From Chloroflexota bacterium (GTDB lineage: Bacteria; Chloroflexota; Dehalococcoidia; Lucifugimonadales; JADFKI01): a stretch of 21,882 nt of DNA. A model generated the notes under the pieces. It was not told where the DNA came from, made no database searches, and saw only the letters and a list, made by a program, of their open reading frames with translations. The DNA lies in the NCBI GenBank assembly GCA_027623195.1, contig JAQBUT010000036.1:1-21882 (forward strand), given 5' to 3'. The position numbers and the translations under genes were made by a program. Below are positions 16,936 to 21,882 of this stretch, piece by piece; positions within the stretch are counted from its first letter, which is position 1; every line of letters begins with the position of its first letter.

Positions 16936-18528
16936 GTGATAGGAGATAAGGCGTTAGATTCCAGTAGCTTCATGTCGCCCAGTCGACATGAAGTGATGGG
17001 GTTCGCCCCTGGTGCCGTCGATCCCAGAGGCATGAGCCTCGACGAGCTCACGGAACACCTGGACGCAGGCTTGCACAGGCAACGTGAGCAGAACTCTCGA
17101 TGGGACTTTGATGGCATAGTCTCTTTCCTGGATGGCGTTGCAAAGGCCAATCCGCATCAGCACATCACAGGCTCCGTGGGAAGTGCTGAGTTACTTAACA
17201 GGGCCCTTGAGATTTATCAGGAAGACCCCTCCGCTCGGGAAGCTTTCCTGGACTACGCGATATCTACTGGTTTGATGAGACCGGAGATCGCACGCCATTT
17301 CTTCCGGCTATCAAACAATGCAATGCTTCAGTGGCTACAGAGCCACATACCACTCAGCTCTACACCTACCGACTTTAGCCAGGCGGATGACCGCCTGAGC
17401 CTGGTCCGTCTGGCGTTTCAGAGCGGGCACCCTGGCACAGGCGAGTTACTGGAGGAGGCATACAGGGGTGTTGCCCTGGAAAACCATTTGCACGGCGTGG
17501 CCGAGGTGTGGTTCCGCACATCGCTAGGGGATCACAACGCAGAGGCCTTCGACCGGATTACCCAGTCGGCCATTCGAGGGGCGTCCAGGGCAGAGTCAGA
17601 GTCGAACTCGACTTTGAATGTCAGATTTGTCGTCGGCATGCGTAAGGCGTGGCACGACACCGAATCCGCAGCACAAAGAGGCTCTCCCTTCGACACTAAG
17701 GCGCTGGGTCTGGTAACACGGCTGGGAAAACTACGAGAGGGCGACGCCAAATCTGCCGGAATGATACTTGGCGTGGACAGCGTGGGCACGGATTCGGGCT
17801 GGAGGCCGGAATGGCAAGCGCCAGCACGAACTTTGGCCGCTTCACAAGATATGCATGTCGCGATGCATTTTGGGGAGTCCTGGCAATCCGGAGAACTGCT
17901 GGTCACGTTGCAACGACTAGAAGCCCTCGCACGAAACGGCGACATATGCCAGCTAGACAACTCCAATGCCTTATTTGCTACGCGTGACACCAAGAACCCT
18001 GTGCAGGTCTATTCAGATGATGAATGGAATGAAATTGGCAGGATTCAGGGAAGCGCTTTTGGACTGCTCGTAGAACGCCGTATCGGGTTGGGAATCAATC
18101 CCACAAGCAACGACTGGCTAACGCGGTCCCTCAGACAGCAGGAGGGCTGGAGGCTTCGGCAACACGATGAGAGTTTAACGCCGGGAGGGCCCTCCGTTAT
18201 TGACATGATGTCCTCGGAGAGCGGCGTCAATCCTCTCGTTATGGTAGTGGGCAATGACAACAGCCGTATTTACCCCTCCAGGGTGCGAAATTCGTATTTG
18301 ACTGTGAGCGAAGAACTGGCGAATTTATGGGAGACTCCAGGCTCCTCGGAGCCCAGCGTCTTCGGGAAATACCCAACTAGATTTATCGCAAAGCTAATTT
18401 TGAATGGCTTCACGTTAACGCGAGCCATGAGCAGTGCCAGTCAAGGTGCCGACCAATTTCGACTGGCACCGTCTTCGAACGATCAGAACCTGTCAAAGAC
18501 ACTCAGAGGTCCCAGCGGACGGGTTTAG
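16936..18528 (+). CDS. Divergent adenosine/AMP-deaminase-fold metallo-amidohydrolase
   Basis: ADA-family motifs appear in the expected order: KANPHQHITGS (cf. KxELHxHLDGS), ILGVDSVG (cf. VVGIDLAG), AMHFGES (cf. HAGE), QLDN (cf. RIGH), GINPTSN (cf. ExCPTSN), VGNDNS (cf. INTDDP) and VSEEL. The exact start is uncertain. Confidence 0.75.
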   Translation: MIGDKALDSSSFMSPSRHEVMGFAPGAVDPRGMSLDELTEHLDAGLHRQREQNSRWDFDGIVSFLDGVAKANPHQHITGSVGSAELLNRALEIYQEDPSAREAFLDYAISTGLMRPEIARHFFRLSNNAMLQWLQSHIPLSSTPTDFSQADDRLSLVRLAFQSGHPGTGELLEEAYRGVALENHLHGVAEVWFRTSLGDHNAEAFDRITQSAIRGASRAESESNSTLNVRFVVGMRKAWHDTESAAQRGSPFDTKALGLVTRLGKLREGDAKSAGMILGVDSVGTDSGWRPEWQAPARTLAASQDMHVAMHFGESWQSGELLVTLQRLEALARNGDICQLDNSNALFATRDTKNPVQVYSDDEWNEIGRIQGSAFGLLVERRIGLGINPTSNDWLTRSLRQQEGWRLRQHDESLTPGGPSVIDMMSSESGVNPLVMVVGNDNSRIYPSRVRNSYLTVSEELANLWETPGSSEPSVFGKYPTRFIAKLILNGFTLTRAMSSASQGADQFRLAPSSNDQNLSKTLRGPSGRV

Positions 18529-18557
18529 GGGTATCCGGGGTAAAGGAATAAATCCAC

Positions 18558-19502
18558 TTGGTTTGGATAGTGTTGTCTCTGATCAGCGCGGCGGCCTACG
18601 GGACAGTAGCCGTGATGGACAAACGATTACTGGATAAGCATATGCCAAGCCTATCTAGCTATTTCCTTTGGGTTGGTCTGGCGACGCTCATATATGGATT
18701 CGTTTATCTAGGCTTCAGCGATTTCCCTGTGGGCGTATCTGCAACGAGGATAGCCGTGGGAGCGCTTTCTGGGCTCTGTTGGGGGGGAGCCATCGCAATG
18801 ATGTTCTGGGGCTTCAAGCTTCAAGAGGTTTCCAGGGCCAGCGCGTTGCTATTTACGTTCCCAGTGTTTGTAGCGCTATTCGCTTCGCTGTTTCTCGGCG
18901 AATCATTGGGATACGGAAGATGGCTCGCAATTGGGGTAGTTGTCTTCGGCGCCCTGCTTATATCAGTGGCCGAGCCCACGAATAGTATATTCGAAAAGGT
19001 GAATCGTTATTGGAAACTAGGCGAACCAAAGTCAAAAAGCCAGATCCGGTTCACGCTGGCATTCCCAGTCCTAATCGGCTCTAGCCTGCTAACCGCGGGT
19101 GGGCATCTGACTGGCAAATACGCCCTTCAGGAGCTCTCGATACCAATGGTGACGTCTATGGGCTTTTTCGGCACCGCATTTGTGCTGGCGTTGTTCTGGA
19201 GACCAAGAGCTTTTAGAGAGATTAAACAGGTAGTCCGAAGTAAGGAGGCGTTGCTGCTGCTACTGCTCAGCGAAGGTATCTTGGTTCCAATCGCGGTCAC
19301 GTCGATGATCGCGGCAACCAAGCTGGGCCCCATATCTCTGGTGGCCACAATAGCGGGAACCCGTCCCATATTTGTCTTTTTCTATAGCACGGTATTGAGT
19401 CTGCCAAGTATCCGATTACTCAATGAAACGCTCGACCGAAGAACCCTGGTAGTCAAAGTAGCTTCGGTGGGCATGATAATTATAGGAATATTATCGCTAT
19501 AA
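18558..19502 (+). CDS. EamA/DMT-superfamily transporter (314 aa, two repeats, about 10 TM)
   Basis: Hydrophobic throughout. Repeat signatures EVSRASALLFTFPVFVALFASLFLGESL and GPISLVATIAGTRPIFV...LLNETL. TTG start with AAGGA upstream. Confidence 0.9.
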   Translation: MVWIVLSLISAAAYGTVAVMDKRLLDKHMPSLSSYFLWVGLATLIYGFVYLGFSDFPVGVSATRIAVGALSGLCWGGAIAMMFWGFKLQEVSRASALLFTFPVFVALFASLFLGESLGYGRWLAIGVVVFGALLISVAEPTNSIFEKVNRYWKLGEPKSKSQIRFTLAFPVLIGSSLLTAGGHLTGKYALQELSIPMVTSMGFFGTAFVLALFWRPRAFREIKQVVRSKEALLLLLLSEGILVPIAVTSMIAATKLGPISLVATIAGTRPIFVFFYSTVLSLPSIRLLNETLDRRTLVVKVASVGMIIIGILSL

Positions 19503-19576
19503 ATGTTTATCTATGCAGATATGACATCTCGTGAAAATTATATCGAGGCAAAAACACAAAATACAGGAGGGACACG

Positions 19577-20158
19577 ATGTTACAGAAAAGCTTGAAACCC
19601 ACGATAGGATTATTGGCAGTCTTCGGACTAATGCTGCTGTTGGTAGGTTGCAGCCAAAAGGCAAACCTCGCCTACGCAGAGATAGCTCCGGCGGGTATTA
19701 ACATTGGAGACGGAATTCCTTTGCCTACTGGAAATGCCATTCTCAACATTAGTGGAGCTATTAGCCAGACCAACGATAACGACAAACTAGTTCTCGACAT
19801 AGCTACGTTGGAAAAGCTGGGCCTGGTTGAGTACACCATCGCCGACCCATGGCAGAACCATGAGGAAATAACCTATGTCGGTGTTCTGATATCGGACCTT
19901 CTGAAGTACGCCGGCGCATCCGACACGGCCACCAACGTGCACATGGTGGCGCTGGATGAGTATGCGGTTGACGTTTCCATGGAGGACGTGAAGAAGTGGC
20001 CTGTGCTACTTGCCACACGCACTAATGGTAGTTACATGGACATTGAGAGTTCCGGACCTACCAGGGTCGTATTCCCATTCCATTCAAACCCGGAAATCGA
20101 CGAGGACACCTACAAGGTGTTGATGATCTGGAACTTGAGAGACATCGTAATCCAATGA
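19577..20158 (+). CDS. PruR-like small pterin-binding lipoprotein (truncated sulfite-oxidase/molybdopterin-binding fold)
   Basis: RBS AGGAGG and lipobox LVG-C25. Family pattern ILNISGAI..N, LEKLG, DPW, YVGV.ISDLL, ALDEY, LLA...NG..M....GP.RVVFP, IWNL. The lipobox Cys is the only Cys, so the Mo-ligating Cys is absent. Confidence 0.85.
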   Translation: MLQKSLKPTIGLLAVFGLMLLLVGCSQKANLAYAEIAPAGINIGDGIPLPTGNAILNISGAISQTNDNDKLVLDIATLEKLGLVEYTIADPWQNHEEITYVGVLISDLLKYAGASDTATNVHMVALDEYAVDVSMEDVKKWPVLLATRTNGSYMDIESSGPTRVVFPFHSNPEIDEDTYKVLMIWNLRDIVIQ

Positions 20159-21792
20159 CCGTAGAAAACTCCTCGGGAGCGGCCCCGTTCAGGCCGCTAC
20201 AAGAGATAGGCCCGCCCATGTACGGTCAGCAGACCGAGACTAAGAGTGGCTCATGCTGGGGCACATTCTCATCTGTTCAGGTGGGGCTGCTGCTGCTTGT
20301 CGCGATACTCGTTATAGCCGTGCAAGCTCTTATCCTGCGGACCTATTTCAACAGCTCGGCAACTGCTGAGCAGTTCGAGGAGGCCAGCTTTACAACAACA
20401 GGGCTGGCGAACATACAACGGGAAGCGCTGCTACTCCAGCTAGAAACGCATCTGGCCATAGAGAACCCAGACGCGAACCTGGAGAGTTTAGAGCTGAGGC
20501 GCGCCCTCCTGGGCAGTCAGCTGAGGCGACAACAAGGTCAATCAGCAAATAACCAGCAGATTTATGCCGGCCTCATGGAAATTAAGGACACCCTAAATTT
20601 CTATGACGAATCCTTCGACGAAGTTTTTTACAATCCCGACGGCGTTGACGAGCGCGTTAGCGAGGAAATAGCACTGACTCTGCGCAGCTTGGAGCTTCAG
20701 ATCAAGACCTTCTATGACAAGGAAGAGCAGAGCTTTTTTGCGGCATTTAAAGAGACCCTGGGTACTCAGAGAAACACTCAGGTTCTATTGCTAGCAGTCG
20801 ATGCCCTGGTTGTTATAACGGGTATCGTCCTTATCATGTCACTGGTGCGCTCAGTCAGAGCCCTGAATGAGGAAAACACCCAGCGTCAGATGGCTCAGGT
20901 CGCACTCAGGGAGGTCAACGAGACGCTGGAGCGACGCGTCGACGAACGCACTGAGGAGCTTAGCACCGCCAACTCCCGCTTGCAGGGAGAGGTTTTCGAA
21001 CGGGCACAGGCCCAGCGAGAACTAAGGGCGTTCACGCATAAGCTCGAAGAGAGCAACAGAGAGCTTCAGAGCTTTGCATCAGTGGCGGCCCACGACCTTC
21101 AGGAACCGCTGCGAAAGGTGCAGGCCTTCGGCGACAGACTGAAATCCAAATATTCAGAGGCACTTGGGGATCAGGGCCGAGATTACCTGGAGCGAATGCA
21201 GGATGCCTCAGGTCGTATGGCAAGCCTCATCAACGACCTGCTCAGCTACTCAAGAGTGACAACGAAGGCCCAGCCATTTGTCCCTGTGAATCTGAACGAC
21301 ATTACCACAGAGGTTGTCAGCGACCTGGAAATTCGAATAGAGGACCTGAAAGGCAGCGTTGAGGTGGGCGACCTACCCACCATTTATGCAGACGTTCTCC
21401 AAATGAGGCAACTTATGCAAAACCTTATAGGCAACGCCCTAAAGTATCACAAGGAAGAAGAAGCGCCGGTTGTTAAGGTGTCGGCTAAGCTAGTCAAAGC
21501 TACGGCAGAGAGACCGGGCAACCAGGAATCTGAAGAATTGTGCGAAATCACAATATCGGACAACGGAATAGGATTCGACGAGAAATATGCGGATCGCATT
21601 TTTGGAATATTCCAACGGCTGCACACCCGAACCGAATATGACGGCACCGGGGTAGGCCTCGCGATCTGCCGAAAAATTGCTGAGCGGCATAACGGAACCA
21701 TCAACGTCCATAGCCAGCCGGATAAGGGCTCCCAGTTCATGGTTACGCTTCCCGTTTCGCAAGTAAATGAAGATACGGAGGAAGAGGAATGA
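20155..21792 (+). CDS. Membrane sensor histidine kinase (2 TM, helical extracellular domain, coiled coil, HisKA, HATPase_c)
   Basis: TM1 VGLLLLVAILVIAVQALIL and TM2 VLLLAVDALVVITGIVLIMSLV. H-box FASVAAHDLQEPLRKV (Cph1/bacteriophytochrome-type kinase module), N-box QNLIGNALKY, DNGIGF, IFQRLH and GTGVGLAIC. ATGA overlap with the upstream lipoprotein gene. Confidence 0.96.
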   Translation: MTVENSSGAAPFRPLQEIGPPMYGQQTETKSGSCWGTFSSVQVGLLLLVAILVIAVQALILRTYFNSSATAEQFEEASFTTTGLANIQREALLLQLETHLAIENPDANLESLELRRALLGSQLRRQQGQSANNQQIYAGLMEIKDTLNFYDESFDEVFYNPDGVDERVSEEIALTLRSLELQIKTFYDKEEQSFFAAFKETLGTQRNTQVLLLAVDALVVITGIVLIMSLVRSVRALNEENTQRQMAQVALREVNETLERRVDERTEELSTANSRLQGEVFERAQAQRELRAFTHKLEESNRELQSFASVAAHDLQEPLRKVQAFGDRLKSKYSEALGDQGRDYLERMQDASGRMASLINDLLSYSRVTTKAQPFVPVNLNDITTEVVSDLEIRIEDLKGSVEVGDLPTIYADVLQMRQLMQNLIGNALKYHKEEEAPVVKVSAKLVKATAERPGNQESEELCEITISDNGIGFDEKYADRIFGIFQRLHTRTEYDGTGVGLAICRKIAERHNGTINVHSQPDKGSQFMVTLPVSQVNEDTEEEE

Positions 21793-21813
21793 GCACTAAC
21801 AATAAGACCATAA
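21789..21813 (+). pseudogene. 5' fragment (MSTNNKTI) of a gene coupled to the kinase, probably a response regulator, interrupted by an IS
   Basis: ATG at 21789 overlaps the kinase TGA (ATGA), with purine-rich GGAGGAAGAGG upstream. The sequence switches to an IS-like terminus at 21814. The identity is inferred from context only. Confidence 0.5.
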
Positions 21814-21882
21814 TGAGGTGGTATCGGTTTTTTAGACAGGTAGCTAAGAGAGAGTCCCGCTCCTAAAATGACAGAAATAAAG
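21814..21882 (+). mobile_element. Left end (IRL) of a probable IS3-family insertion sequence, truncated by the window edge
   Basis: Begins TGAGGTGGTATCGGTTTTTTAGACAG, an imperfect inverted repeat of 46-70. Shares the 12-bp subterminal TAAGAGAGAGTC with 19-30 (inverted). TAAAAT at 21864-21869 could be the transposase -10. Confidence 0.7.

Noticed and set aside
15703..19502. Queuosine/preQ0 operon, dpd DNA-modification island or toyocamycin-type cluster
   Set aside because: No queE, queC, queF, tgt/dpdA or phosphoribosyltransferase gene is in the window. They could lie elsewhere in the genome, so this is not fully excluded.
19577..20158. Catalytic molybdoenzyme (MsrP/sulfite oxidase)
   Set aside because: It has no Mo-ligating Cys, no twin-arginine signal and no cytochrome partner, and it is too short.
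21868..21882. ATG ACA GAA ATA AAG as the start of the response regulator
   Set aside because: It lies inside the inferred IS left end, only five codons are visible, and the RBS is weak.
1..21882. CRISPR array, tRNA or rRNA genes
   Set aside because: No regularly spaced repeats, cloverleaf signatures or rRNA-like sequence were seen in any intergenic region.

Overview
This is a bacterial window of about 21.9 kb. Gene style suggests Chloroflexota/Dehalococcoidia (SAR202-like), but that is inference only. Both ends look like termini of IS3-family insertion sequences: a right end at 1-70 and a left end from 21814. The left part holds a secreted hypothetical protein, an unannotated 32-aa membrane peptide and a nitrogen-assimilation cluster (glnII, glnA, gltB, gltD). 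The middle holds two paralogous formyl-CoA-transferase-like (CaiB/BaiF) genes, a secreted protein with an EF-hand-like motif and a HAD hydrolase broken by a 4-bp duplication. The right part (15703-21813) is the most interesting: a co-oriented, tightly packed run of a QueD-FolE2 fusion (pterin synthesis), a divergent adenosine-deaminase-fold enzyme, an EamA/DMT transporter, a PruR-like small pterin-binding lipoprotein, a translationally coupled sensor histidine kinase and the start of a gene (probably the response regulator) cut by the IS. I interpret this as a candidate self-contained make-modify-export-sense pterin signalling system. Family assignments come from motif recognition by eye; no searches were run.
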